Below the pieces are notes generated by a model, which saw only the letters and a list, made by a program, of their open reading frames with translations, had not been told where the DNA came from and searched no databases. A DNA stretch of 64,000 nt from assembly GCF_009914755.1 (NCBI RefSeq), contig NC_060935.1. One strand, given 5' to 3'. Position numbers and translations under genes: made by a program. The stretch is from the human T2T-CHM13v2.0 reference genome, Homo sapiens. Every line of letters begins with the position of its first letter. Within the stretch, counting starts at the first letter, position 1. Below are positions 19,704 to 32,308 of this stretch, piece by piece.

Positions 19704-20856
19704 AATGGGCTGTACCTTGTAGCATTCCGAAGACAGGCCTGAATTCTGAGAAGGGAAAGTGGTAAAAGTATTGTCCAGTCCTTTTTAAGTTGGTGGCTGA
19801 GCTTGGTAAGGTGTGTTTTAAAAGACCATTAGTCTGTTCTACCTTTCCTGAAGACTAAGGACTGTAAGAAATATAAAGGTTTCACTGAATACTAAGAGCC
19901 TGAAAAAATGCTTGGCTGACTTGATTAATAAAGGCCGGTCTGCTATGGGACTGTATAGACGTGGGAAAGCCAAACTGAGGAATTATGTCTGACAGAAGGG
20001 AAGAAATGACCGTGGTGGCCTTCTTAGACCCTGTGGGAAAGGCCTCTACCTATCCAGTGAAAGTGTCTACCTAGACCAAGAGTTATTTTAGTTTCCTGAC
20101 TCGGGGCACGTTGAGTAAAGCTAATTTGCCAGTCCTGGGTGGGGGCAAATCCCTGAGCTTGATGTGTAGGGAAGGGAGGGGGCCTGAAGAATCCCTGAGG
20201 AGTAGTAGAATAGCAGATGGAACACTGAGAAGTTATTTCCTTGAGGATAGATTTCCACGATGGAAAGGAAATGAGAGGTTCTAAGAGGCGGGCTAGTGGC
20301 TTGTACTATAGCATAGCCTGCTTTTGCTGGTGTGTGGCAATTAGGCCTGGTGGAACTGCCATCAATAAACTAAGTGTGGTCAGGGTGAGAAACAGGGAAG
20401 AAGGAAATGTGGGGACATGGGGTGACCGTCAGGTGGATCAGAGAGATGCAGTCATGAGGGTCAGGTGTGGTATCAGGAATAATGTGGGAGGCCAGATTGA
20501 AGTCCGGGCCAGGAACAATGGTAATTGTGGGAGACTCAACAAAGAGTAAAGCAGAAGGAGCCGGGGAGCAGAATGTATATGTGGCAGGTGTGAGGAAGAA
20601 AATACATTTTGGAAATTATGAGAGCTGTAGAGAGTGAGTTGAGCATAGTTTGTGATTTTAAGGGCCTTTAAAGTATTAGGGTGGCAGCAGCTGCTGCACA
20701 GAGACATAACAGCCAACCTAAAACAATAAGGTCAAGTTGTTTGGACAAAAAGGCTACAGGATGCCATCCTGGTCCTTGTGTAAGAATTTCAACTGCACAG
20801 CACTGCACTTCGGCTGTGTGTAATGAAAAGGGTTGGGATGAGTCACGGAGAGCTAG

Positions 20857-21353
20857 TGTAGCAGGACGAGTTGCAGACAAAACTCCTCAGACACCAGATT
20901 AAAGAAGGAAGAGGTTTTTTTATTCAGCCAGGAGCGTTGGCAGACTGGTGTCTTAAGAGCCGAGCTCCCGGAAAAAGAAATTCCTAGCCCTTTTAAGGGC
21001 TTACAACTCTAAAGGGTCTACGTGAAAAAGTCATAATAGATCAAGTAAGCCTGAGGAACGTGACTGGGGGCTACAAACATCAGCTAACAGAACAAAAAGT
21101 TTTTACAGTGCTTTCTCATACAGTGTCTGGGATTTACAGATAACACAGGTAGTTTTGGTCAGGGGTTAATATTATTGTTGTTTTAACCACCGGGGCCAGG
21201 TGGTGGCGCCAAGGTCCTCTAGCTATTTATTTTACTTCTGTTTTTTCCAACTTTTTGCTTTCTCCCTTTTTTGCTGTCTTACAAACTAGGGAAAAGGGGA
21301 GGTTGGGGAGAAACTGGGAAGGACAACAGGAGAAGTGGTGGTCTCATACCTTA
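20857..21353 (-). mobile_element. HERV-E 3' LTR (LTR2B/2C-like)
   Basis: Minus strand TAAGGTATGAGACCACCACTTCTCC...CCTGCTACA, preceded by PPT AAAGGGGGGAAA. Confidence 0.88.
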
Positions 21354-21380
21354 TTTCCCCCCTTTGAGCATTTTCACTTT

Positions 21381-23423
21381 TTAGTGGGAGTTCTCACTCT
21401 CATCTTTACTTTTTGAGTCTATTTGTGAGATAGAGCGATAGTGATTTATATAACACACGTGTGCTGAAGTTTTCTGATGAACCAAAGTAGCTACAAAACC
21501 TTTGATCATTTGAAAAAGCAAGGGTAATACACAGGGGAGCAGCAAGCAAGTTCCTATCACTAGCAATACACCTACAATGAGGGTTTTAAATCCTCTTATA
21601 GCTGGAAACCATTTTTCAAATAAAGACTCAGGATTAAACTCGTGCCAAACCTGTACAGGCACATGTGCCACCTTTGTCATGTCCCTGACTATGTTTTTAA
21701 CCACCTGTCCTTGATCATTTATTTGTAGGCAGCAATTGGTTAAGTTAAATTTTCTACAAACTCCTCCTTCAGCTACTAGCAAGTAGTCTAAGGCCAGTCT
21801 ATTCTGATAGATAGCATTCCTCATTTGGGTTTCTTGCCAAGCTAAAACAGTCAAAGCTCTGCCAGTTTCATTAGAAATTATTTCTAAGATGGCCTGCAAC
21901 CGTATGATCCAATTGAGCATGTAGATGGGTTCGGTATCCCCATGAGCCATCTTGTGCCCATGTGGCAGGCCCATAATACTGAATGATCCTTTCACGGGGC
22001 CACTCATTATCTTTCCAGTTTCCTATAACTATGCCTTTCTTTTCTCGGGAGGCGTAGACAGAGAAACCTAGCAGCTCACCCATTTTTATGGGTAATAAGA
22101 AAAAGGATGGCTTAATAGTGCCAATAACACAACTGTCTGCCCATTTATTAGGTAACCGAAAGTAGGCTCTGTGCCTACATATCTAGTATAGTCCAGAGGG
22201 AACTGTCCAGTCCTGATGAGATTCTGGATGAGCCTAAGCAGTTTTTAATTTAGAAAATTTACTAAATGGATTCTTTTCAGTGTGGTTTAGGTCCTACTAA
22301 GTAATTGTCTTTGTTGTGCTGTTATACAACTTCTGTCCTATACAATTAGGCTTTCCTACAGGGATGATAAAGTCTTTCCCTTCTCTAGCTATACAGTATT
22401 GTCTAATAATTGAGGTTTTTAGGACCTAGAAGTTGCTAGCTTCGGCCTTCTAAACTGGAATTATATCAGGAGCTGGATCAGTAGGCACCAACTCTCGGGC
22501 TTCCCAAGGCCATCTGTCTCCGATAGTGGTTCCTCCGCGTACATAACAAGAAGTAACATTAAGTAAGAAAATTACATTTTCTGCTAATTGGAGAAACAAA
22601 TTTTTTGTCTTTTTCAGAAGTTCTGGTGCTGGCAGATTCAGCTCCTCATAAAAGGTTTGAAATACTGGTTTGGGAGAGCACTTGTGGACCTCCCTTCTAA
22701 TTAAAATGACAACTTGAGGGTTTAACCCTGTCCTATTGATCCCCAGGGTTACACGTTCTCCCTTTTTCCAATGGGGATCTAGGGGATTGGTAATTATTAG
22801 TTCTAGTGGGTTACAGTGACCGGCAGCACAGGAGGGGTTGGCTTCCCCCTTCTGAAGATAAACCGGGTCCTTTTTGTTCTTTTTTTAAGTAGCCTAAATA
22901 ACACATGGCCAATAGGCACAATTTTTACAAACCCCTGACTCATGACAAACATTTATTTCTACTCTTTAGCTCCTTTCTCAGTTAAGAGAACCACATCCTA
23001 TTTCTAGCTTTTTACTATTAATGGCTGCACAAGCATCAAATCTTAAAGTTATTTGCTTGGGGATTTCTTTTTCTTCTGTTCTAGTTATTATTTTACTTGT
23101 ATCACCTAGGAAAAGGCCAGTTCTTATTCTTATTTCAAAAACGGTGGTGCAGGGGGCTCAGATGGGTTATAACACACATCAGGTCGGTCATTTCTCGGGC
23201 TACATACCTTGTACTGAGTGGCATTATACAAACAAGTTTCTCTTATTGTTTCCATACATTCATAATAACTATAGAACAGAAAGATTGTTTTAATTTGCTG
23301 TCCTGCTTCGGTGACCTGATGAATACACTGGGAACAGTCCCCAGTTTGAGTAAGGTCAGTTGAAGCCCTTACTGTATAAGTCCAAAATTTAAGAAAAATG
23401 AATCTCATGATGAGCTTCCTCAG
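21381..23423 (-). pseudogene. HERV-E env remnant; TM subunit frame largely open
   Basis: Immunosuppressive domain [13 protein letters not shown]6CC motif ([10 protein letters not shown]) and membrane anchor in ORF 21381-22007; SU region carries many stops. Confidence 0.9.
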
Positions 23424-26400
23424 GCTTCGGCCGTGCTTGGACTAGTCAGCTTCCGGGTGACTGGAGCAGGGCTTGTCATCTTCTTCAGGGTCACTCTGCA
23501 AGGGTTATCTGGGCTTGGTCTTGCCTCCCAGGTTTCAGGCGCTGCAGGTTTTATATGGCTGTGTTGGATCCAGGCTGGGATTCCTTCCACCTTCACAGCG
23601 GTGGGAGTGCTCAGGACGACAATCTGGGGTCCTTTCCACCGTGGACACAAACAGGCAACTTTCCAGTCCTTGATCCACACTCGATCATCTGGGGAGAATG
23701 GGTGAACTGGGGAGAATAAGCTAACAGGGCATTTCTCATTTACCCAGGCTGAGATTTTTTGTGTAACTTTTCCTAAGGCCTGTAGCTGTCGCTGTAACTC
23801 AATTTCACCTAACTCTCAGGGAGTGCCTGGAAGTCCCCGCAATATAGGAGGGGGCCTACGATATAATATTTCATAAGGGAAATATCCTGTTCTTTTAGAA
23901 GCGGTACATCTAATTTTAAATAATACCATAGGGAGAGCCTGTAGCCATTTTAATCCTGTTTCCTGACATACTTTCCCTAAACTATTTTTGATAGTTTGAT
24001 GCATTCGCTCCACCTTTCCGGAACTCTGAGGCCACTAGGCAGCATGCAGTTTCCATGTGATCCCTAATATCTTTGCCGCCTTCTGTACTAAGTCAGCCAC
24101 AAATGCTGGCCTGTTATCTGAGCCGATCCCTAAGGACAGTTCAAATCTAGGAATAAGATCTCGAAGAAGCACACGGGTTACTTCACGAACTTTCTCAGTT
24201 CGTGTTGGATAAGCCTCCACCTACCCAGAGTAGGTACGCCCAAGAACTAGTAAATACTTGTTACCTCTACACTTTGACATCTCTGTGAAGTCCACCTGGA
24301 GATCTTCAAAGGGGGCTGCTCCATAAGCTTGTATGCCGGGTGGAATAGCTGGACCTTGCCTCGCTTTATGCTGTCGGCAGGTAACACACCACTGCGTCAC
24401 CGTTTTGGCAAGAGCTGACAAATGCGAGATGTAGAAATACCAGCCTAACAACTTTTCAAGTGATTCCTGGCCTAGATGGGTGGCTTCTTGCACAGCCAGT
24501 ACAACTGCAGCTCCTAGCAGCTGTGGCACAGCTACTCTCCCATCCGGTAACCGAATTCATCCTTCCTCCATCACTTGTCCTCTCTCTGCCTGGAGAAAGT
24601 CCTTTTCTTCTTTAGAATAAGTAGGTACAAGATCAGGTACTTGAGGGAGCATGGGGGCTGTGACTGATGCCCGGAAGGGGGCAGATGCTGCTTTTCGAGC
24701 CTCTAAGTCAGCGCGGGAATTCCCTAAACCCACCAAGGTGGAAGCTCGCTGGTATCCTCTGCAACGCATAACTGCCACCTTGTGGGGTCTCCATATGGCT
24801 TTTAATAATTGCAAGATTTCTTGTTGATATTTTATGTCTTTTCCCCCAGAGTTCAATAGGCCCTTTTCTTTATATAATGCTCCACGCACTTGAAGGGTTG
24901 AAAAGGCTTAATGAGAGTCAGTGTAAATGTTGACATTCTTAGCTTCATTGAGTTCTAAGGCCCGAATTAAAGCAATGAGTTCAGCTTTCTGAGCTGAAGT
25001 GCCCTGGGGAAACGATCTGGCTTCAGCAACAGTGTCTAGAGTTACCACCGCATATCTTGCACATCTCTCTCCTTGTGGGTTGATGAAGCTGCTCCCAGCC
25101 ACGTATAGTTCCCAGTCTACTGATGCCTAAGGCTGGTCCTGGAGGTTAGGTCTGCTAGAGTCAACTGAGTCCAACACTTCTACACAGTCATGCTCGACAG
25201 GGCTCTCTGATACTGGGAGCAAGGTAGCGGGGTTCAGGGTGTTACAAACTTCAATGGTTATATGGGGATTTTCACAGAGCAAACTTTAGTACTTAGTGAG
25301 TCTAGCATTCATTAGCCAATGATGTCCTTTAGTATTCATTAAAGTCACCACAGCATGGGAGGCCTTTATGTTCAGGTTTTGTCCAAGAGTCAGCTTATCT
25401 GCTTCTTGTACTAGCAGGGCAGTTGCTGCCAAGGCCCTCAAACATGGGGGCCATCCTTTAGAAACCCCGTCTAGTTGTTTAGAGAGGTAGGCCACCGGCC
25501 TCGGCCAGGGCCCCACAGTTTGGGTTAAAACTCCAACTGCCATCTTTTCTCTCTCTGACACATACAATGGAAAAGGCTTTGTTAGATCGGGTAGCTTCAG
25601 GGCTGGGGCTGACATAAGTTTTTCCTTTAACTCATGAAAGGCTTGCTGTTGCTGGGATCCCCATTCAAAACGTTCCCGCCCCACCCCTTTGTGACCTCAT
25701 ACAAAGGCTTGGCTTATACTGCAAAGTTTGGGATCTACAGTCTGCAAAACCCCACAGCCCATAGGAATTCTCTCACCTGCCTTCTGGTCTTAGGCTCCAG
25801 TAGATTTCAAATGACCTGCTTTCTTTCTGATCCTAGGCTGCTCTCCCCCTTTCGGATAGTAAATCCTAAGTAATGTACCTGCTGTCAGCAGATCTAAGCT
25901 TTTTTCTTGGACATCTTATACCCACAGTCCTCCAGATGCCGGAGTAGGGCATCTGTTTCTTTGGTGCACCCGACTGCCGTGGGGTGTCCCAGCAAAAGAT
26001 CATCAACGTACTGGAGCAAAATGCAGTCTAGGTCTCTGGTGGGAAACCTCTGGAGGTCTCGAGGCAATGCCTCCCCAAAGATGGTGGGGGAGTTCTTGAA
26101 CCCTTGGGGAAGCCCGGTCCAAGTGTACTGAGTAGTGACACCTGACTCCGGATCTTCCCAGATCCGGAAGTCAAACAGAGAAAGGCAAACAGCTTCTGTC
26201 TCTCAGGGGCTAATCTGATGCTAAAGAAAGCATCTTTCAGGTCCAAGCAGGTGAAGCAGCTGTCCTCAGCTGGCAGCAACCCCAGCAATGTGTACGGGTT
26301 AGGTACTGCTGGATGTAAAGTCACTGCAGCCTGATTAACCAAGCGCAAATCCTGTACCGGCCAGTAGTCCTTGATCTTAGGCTTGGGAACAGGCAGGAGG

Positions 26401-27050
26401 GGAGTGTTCCATGAAGACTGACAAGAAACTCTAATTCCAAAACTTCTTAGGTGCTTGAGATGGACCTGGATACCTTCAAGAGCTTCTCTGGGGACCGGAT
26501 CCTGTTTTTGCCTAACTGGCTGGGCCCTAGGCTTAACTTCTATAAGTACGGGGGCTTGGTTGACTGCAAACCCTGGAGGGTTGTCTTCCACCCACACTCT
26601 TGGCCACCGCTTAGCCAGAGCCGGTCTTATCTCTTGGCCCCACTCAGTTAAGAAAAGTCTCCATTCTTCCTCTCGGGGGACCGTAAGGGTCATAATGACT
26701 CCTGTTCTGGGTGACTTTAGCAGCAAAGAGCCATGCTCTGTAAAAGAGATAGTGGCTCTCAGTTTGCTAAGCAAGTCCCTTCCCAACAAGCGCAAGGGAC
26801 AGTCAGGTGTGTACAAACACTGATGAATCACTTTATGTCCTCCTACAGCACAAGTCCGAGGCAAGCAGAAAGCTTGCTTTGCTGAAACTCCCATGGCTCT
26901 GATGATGTTAATAATCTTTTTGGATAAGGGGGCGACCGGGGTGGTTACTACCGAATGTCCAGCACCGCTATCTACAAGAAAATCAATGTCTTTACCCCAA
27001 ACTGTCATCCTGACCATAGGCTCTTTGGGGGTCCTTGAGCCCAGTCCCCC
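23420..27050 (-). pseudogene. HERV-E pro-pol remnant
   Basis: Protease FLVDSGA, RT LDLKDAFF, RNase H IYTDS and integrase (VDFTEM, SDNRPAF, WKGPQ) across broken ORFs. Confidence 0.92.
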
Positions 27051-28639
27051 TCAGTCCAATAACCCTTCTGCCAGGTTGAGCAGGGCCCCTTCATCCTTGT
27101 CTGGGGCCTCCTGCTCTGAGTCACCTGGTTTTCTTTTTAGCTGAGGGCATTTGTTTTTCCAATGTCCTATTTCTTTACAATAAGCACACTGATTACGCTG
27201 CAAGCTCTGACAGCCAGGCTGAGTTTCCTTCCCGGGGCCCCCTTTCCCTTGCCTCTTTGGGGGGACCCCTCTGATTGCTGCCGCTAACAGGTCGGTGTTT
27301 CGCTGGGCCTGACGTTCATTGTCTCTGTGGTTTTCCTTACGGCTTACTGCATCCCTGTTTACAAACGCCTGGTTAGCTATTTGTAATAACTCTGATGTGT
27401 TCATCCCTGCAAACTCAGCCTGTTGCTGCAGTTTTCTTCTAATGTCTTCTGCACTTTGACTAACTAAAGCCGTGTTAATCATGCGTTGATTTTCAGGGCT
27501 ATCGGGATCAAAGGGAGTATACATACCATAGGCCTTACACAGTCTCTCCTACAATTGTGCTGGACTTTCTTCTTTTCTCTGAATGACCTCAGAGACTTTG
27601 TTAACATTTGTGGCCTTCTGGGCTCCCCTCTTTAATCCTTCCAAGAGAGCTTCCCAGTCTCTGTTTAGCCTTTGCATATCCTCTCTTTCATGTGGGTCCC
27701 ACTGGGGGTCAGTTCTTGGTAACTGGGTCCTTACATACTCTTGGGGGTTTTGGTAATCAGCTGGTGCATGTTCCTCTAGCCACTCAGTTGCTGCTTGGAG
27801 CACTCTCCCCCTTTCATCCGTGTTAAAGAGGAACATGAGTAACTGGTGGCAATCAGCCCAGGTGGGGTTATGGGTCTGGATAATAGTTTGGAGCAAATCA
27901 ATCAGAGCTTGTGGCTTTTCGGTACAGGACGGGGTATTGTTTTTCCAGTTGAGAAGGTGGGCAGAGGTGAAGGGCTGGTACCCAAAACACGCCTCCCCAC
28001 TACGTGACCATCCTCATCTATCCCAGTCTACCGCTGCTCTCTCAGGGGCATTTGTGTCCCCGTTTTGGGTCTTAAACGAGCTGCCAAGGGAGGGGTTTCT
28101 CCCGAGTCCTCACCTCCTCTCTTGTCTACTCTGGGTGGCTTAGGAATATGTTTGTCTTGTGGAGGCGCAAGCACTGTGGACTCAAAAGTGGGGAGCCTGC
28201 CTCCCTGGTAAAGAGAGGGCACCACTGGGATCACTGGTGCCATCTCCTGCAATGGATCTTCTGATGTTGGGTCGAACAGAACTTCAGGAGTTGATTTCCC
28301 TTGGCGGGTGGAGCGGGATTCTTCCTTGGCTATCTGTCCCTTTGCTACTAGCACTGCTGCTGCCTGCCCTCTTAGCCACTGTGGGGGGTTTAGCATCAGC
28401 TGTAACCAAGTGTCTATGTATGGAAACTGGTCTGAGTGTCCTGACTTACCAGTTACCTTGTGCCATACCTTAGAAACAAGGGACCTGTCCAGGCTTCCTT
28501 CTGATGGCCACCCTACTTCTAATGTTAGCCAATCTATTTCATACAAAGTTCTAAGTTCCCCAAAGTCTCCATTACATCCTTTCTTAAAATTTTTCAACAT
28601 AGTTCCTAGCGGAGTGGGCTTACTTTGTATCTGACCCAT
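27051..28639 (-). pseudogene. HERV-E gag remnant
   Basis: MGQIQSKPTPLGTMLKNFKKG start; capsid HNPTWADC; zinc knuckle CAYCKEIGHWKNKC. Confidence 0.92.
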
Positions 28640-29163
28640 GTTTCCTCGAGACAAAACACCAAGCTCACACCACACGCACACCACAGAACAAAGAATGGGT
28701 AAAAAGGGCACACACACACTTTTTCAGTTTTCACCAAACCAGAATCAAAACCAAAATCAGAGTATCCAGAAATCCAAGCCAGGTCAAACTAAAACCAAAG
28801 TATCAAGCAATTCAAGTCAAGTCAAAAACAAGAACCAAAGTGCCAGTACAGGCACGCCATGGGTGATCAGGCCACGCTTCCACTCAAATGGAGTGGGCAA
28901 GTTCCAAAGACCAGTCTTACCAAGTTTCAAATGTCCGGACTCCAAGTGCCTCTTCCTTCCCTGTGTTCAGCCACTGTGTTGATCCTCCATGGGGGCCTAC
29001 AACACACTGCTCTGAGGAGGCATTCCTCCGGGGCAATTGCCTACCCGGGAGAGCTCTCAGGATCCGCGTCGCTCAAGCTGGCCAGAGTCCCCTGCAGGGA
29101 TGCTCCACAGGGCAGGCCTAAGCCACCTAACGGGCTGCCTCGACATTCTGTCAATTACCTCGC

Positions 29164-29181
29164 TTCCCGGTCAGGGAACCA
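29164..29181 (-). promoter_or_regulatory. Primer-binding site, tRNA-Glu
   Basis: TGGTTCCCTGACCGGGAA on minus strand. Confidence 0.92.
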
Positions 29182-29188
29182 AGACTAG

Positions 29189-30700
29189 GATGGGGGCAGT
29201 CTTTAAAGCTGTCTTCAAGGAACAGAAAGAGGAGTGAGGAAAGGATTTAGGATCTATGGGGTCAGCTAGGTTTCCTTTTGTGAGTTTATATAATGGTTTT
29301 GTTAGGATGGCAAAACCAGATATCTAAAGATGAAAGTATCCAACCATGCCCAGGAAGGAAAGGAGTTGTTGTTTTGTAGAAGGGGTTGGGGTTTGAGAGA
29401 TTAGTCACACACGATCGGCAGGGAGAGCACGTGTGTTTTTATGAGAATTATGCGGAGATAGGTAACAGATAAGGAAGAAATTTGGGCTTGACTGAAGTAA
29501 TGGGGGCTGTCTGTGAAGCTTTGCAGCAGTACAGCCCAGGTAATTTGCTGAGCCTGATGGGTGTCAGGGTCAGTCCAAGTGAAAGCGAAGAGTGGCTGGG
29601 ATGAAGGGTGTAAAGGAATAGTAAAGAAAGCATGTTTGAGATCCAGAACAGAATAATGGGTTGTGGAGGGAGGAATTGAGGATATGAGAGTATATGTGTT
29701 TGGCACCTTGGGGTGGATAGGCAAAACAATTTGATTGATAAGTCATAGATCCTGAACTAACTTGTAAGGCTTGTCTGGTTTTAGGACAGGTAAGATGGGG
29801 GAATTGTAAGGAGAGTTTATAGGCTTTAAAAGGCCATGCTGTAGCAGGTGAGTGGTAACAGGCTTTAATCCTTTCAAAGCATGCTGTGGGATGAGATATT
29901 GGCATTGAGCGGGGTAAGGATGATTAGGTTTTACTGAGATGGTAAGGGGTGCATGATAGGTCGCCAAGGAGGGAGTAGAGGTATCTTCTACTTCTGGGTT
30001 AAGGTGGGTGGCAATGAGATGTATCTGTAGTCCGGGAATAGTCAGGGAAGCAGATAATTTAGTTGAAGTGTCTCGGCCTAATAAGGGAACTGGGCAGGTG
30101 GGGATAACTAAAAAGGAGTGCTTAAAAGAGTATTGTCTAAGTTGGCACCAGAGTTGGGGAGCTTTAAGAGGTTTAGAAGACTGGCTGTCAATACCCACAA
30201 CAGTTATGGAGGCAAGGGAAAGAGGCCCTTGAAAAGAAGGTAATGTGGAGTGGGTAGCCTCTGTATTGATTAAGAAGGGGATGGACTTACACTCCACTGT
30301 GAGAGTAACCTAGAGCGTCTGTGATGGTCCTGTAGGCTTCCGAGGCGATCGATTGGGCAGTGTCTGTCTGCAGCTGCTAAGCCAAGAAGATCTGGGAAGG
30401 AGTCAGTCAGAGAGCCTTGGGCTGGAGTTCCAGGGGCTCTGGGAGTGGCTGCCAGGTGAGCTGAACAGTCCGATTTCTAGTGGGGTCCCGCACAGATGGG
30501 ACATGGCTTAGGAGGAATCCCGGGCTGCAGGCATTCCTTGGCCTGGTGGCCAGATTTCTGGCACTTGTAGCAAGCTCCTGGGAGAGGCGATTCTGGAGGA
30601 ACGCCTGGCCACTGCGCTTTAGGCGTTTGGAAGCTCTTGTGTGCTGGAGATGTGGCTGGGGTTTGTCTCACAGTGGAGGCAAGGAATTGCAACTGAGAAA
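29189..30700 (-). pseudogene. HERV-H gag C-terminus, protease and RT remnants
   Basis: ORFs 30477-30692, 29743-30297 (FLINTEATHS) and 29401-29724 (LDLKHAFFTIPL). Confidence 0.85.
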
Positions 30701-31689
30701 TATGTTGCTACTTGGCTGCCTGTACTCTATTATTGTACACCTTGAAGGCGAGGTTAATTAAGTCCTGTTATGGGGTTTGAGGGCCGGAATTTAATTTTTG
30801 GAATTTTATTTAATGTCGGGAGCAGATTGGGTAATAAAATGTATATTGAGAATAAGACGGCCTTTTGACCTTTTAGGGTCTAGGGCTGTAAAGCGTCTCA
30901 GGGTTGCTGCCAAACGAGCCATGAACTGGGGCGGATTTTTATATTTGATGCAAAAGAGCCTAAACCTTATCTGATTTGGGATAAAGAAAAAGGAGCATTA
31001 ACCTTGACTATGCCTTTAGCTCCAGCCACCTTTTTAAGAGTAAATTGCTGGGCAGGTTGGGGAGGGCTAGTCATGGAATGAAACTGTAAGCCAGACCCAG
31101 TGTAAGGAGAGGAGGTGATAAAAGGATTATAGGGTGGAGGAGCAGAGGCTGAGGAAGAATTGGGACCTAGCTCAGCCTGGCAAGAAGGGGAGAGGTCAGA
31201 TGGGTCTGTAGAAAAGGAAGATTAGAAAGACTCAGAGACACTTGGGGTTGGGACTGAGGGGAGAGGTGGGAGGGAAAGAAAGAAGATTTGGGATGAGTTG
31301 CTTTGGGAACAGAGACTAGGGAGGGACCGATGTGTAAAAGAATGCCTGGACGTGAGGCGCCTCAGACCATTTGCCCATTTATGACAAGAATTATCTAGAT
31401 CTTGTAGGATGGAAAAATTGAAAGTGCCATTTTCTGGCTATTTGGAACCACTGTTGAGTTTGTATTGGGGTCAAGCGGCATTGTAGAAGAAAATAAGGCA
31501 TTTAGGTTTTAGGTCAGGTGTGAGTTGAAGAGGTTTTAGGTTTTGAAGAACACAGGCTAATGGAGAAGAAAGGGGAATGGAGAGTGGAAGCTTGCCCATA
31601 GTGAAGGAGGCAAGCCTAGAGAAAAGAGAGAGTAGAGACACAAAGAGAAGGGGTGGGGTGGTCTTGCCTTCCAGAAAAGCAGGAAATGG

Positions 31690-31820
31690 GTTGGGGCACA
31701 GAAATAAAGGGTTGGGGTGCAGAGATAGGAGGTCAGGTTGTGGAAATAAGGGATCAGGGCACAGAGATAAGAGGGCGGGGCATGGAAATAAGGGATCGGG
31801 GTGCAGAGATAAGAGGGTGG
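31690..31820. repeat. Degenerate tandem repeat of about 21 bp (about 6 copies) in the HERV-H leader
   Basis: GGGG(C/T)RCAGARATAAGRGG-like units. Confidence 0.75.
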
Positions 31821-32288
31821 GTTTCCTGTGCCTCCCCCAGAAAAGCAGGACTTGCTGCTAAGGGTGAAGGACCAAGGCAGGTGTCCCTGCGTGGTATGAC
31901 ACCTCTGAAACCTGGGTGAATAATCAGAGAGGCGTCCCTGCAATGATTAAACACCAAGGGAAGGCTGCCTTCCCTAGTCCGCGACCGGCACCGGAGTTTT
32001 GGGTCCACAGATAAAACGTGTCTCCTTGGTCTCTACCGGAAAATGAAAGGAATTGAAATTAAGAGAAGGGAGAAATTGAAGTGTGGTGCCAAGATTGAAA
32101 GGAGAAAGAGGTTGAAGGATAGTGAGGGAAGTTGGAGAAGAGAGTAAAAAGAAGCTGCTTCCCAGATTTGAAATTGGTGAGATGTTTCTTGGGCTGGTCA
32201 GTCTGAGGACCTGAGGTCGTAGGTGGATCTTTCTCACAGAGCAAAGAGCAGGAGGACAGGGGATTGATCTCCCAAGGGAGGTCCCCCA

Positions 32289-32306
32289 ATCCGAGTCACA
32301 GCACCA
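32289..32306 (-). promoter_or_regulatory. Primer-binding site, tRNA-His
   Basis: TGGTGCTGTGACTCGGAT on minus strand, next to the 5' LTR. Confidence 0.9.
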
Positions 32307-32308
32307 AA

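Larger units (their letters stand above)
20857..29184 (-). mobile_element. HERV-E provirus lacking its 5' LTR, nested in HERV-H pol
   Basis: tRNA-Glu PBS at 29164-29181; gag-pro-pol-env remnants; PPT; 3' LTR; CTAG TSD (20853-20856 / 29185-29188). Confidence 0.93.

Noticed and set aside
28730-28845. Short AACCAAA-rich repeats
   Set aside because: Low-complexity part of the HERV-E leader.
31690-31820. CRISPR-like repeat array
   Set aside because: Degenerate head-to-tail units without spacers inside the HERV-H leader.
29164-32306. tRNA genes at the two tRNA-complementary sites
   Set aside because: Only 18-nt retroviral primer-binding sites.
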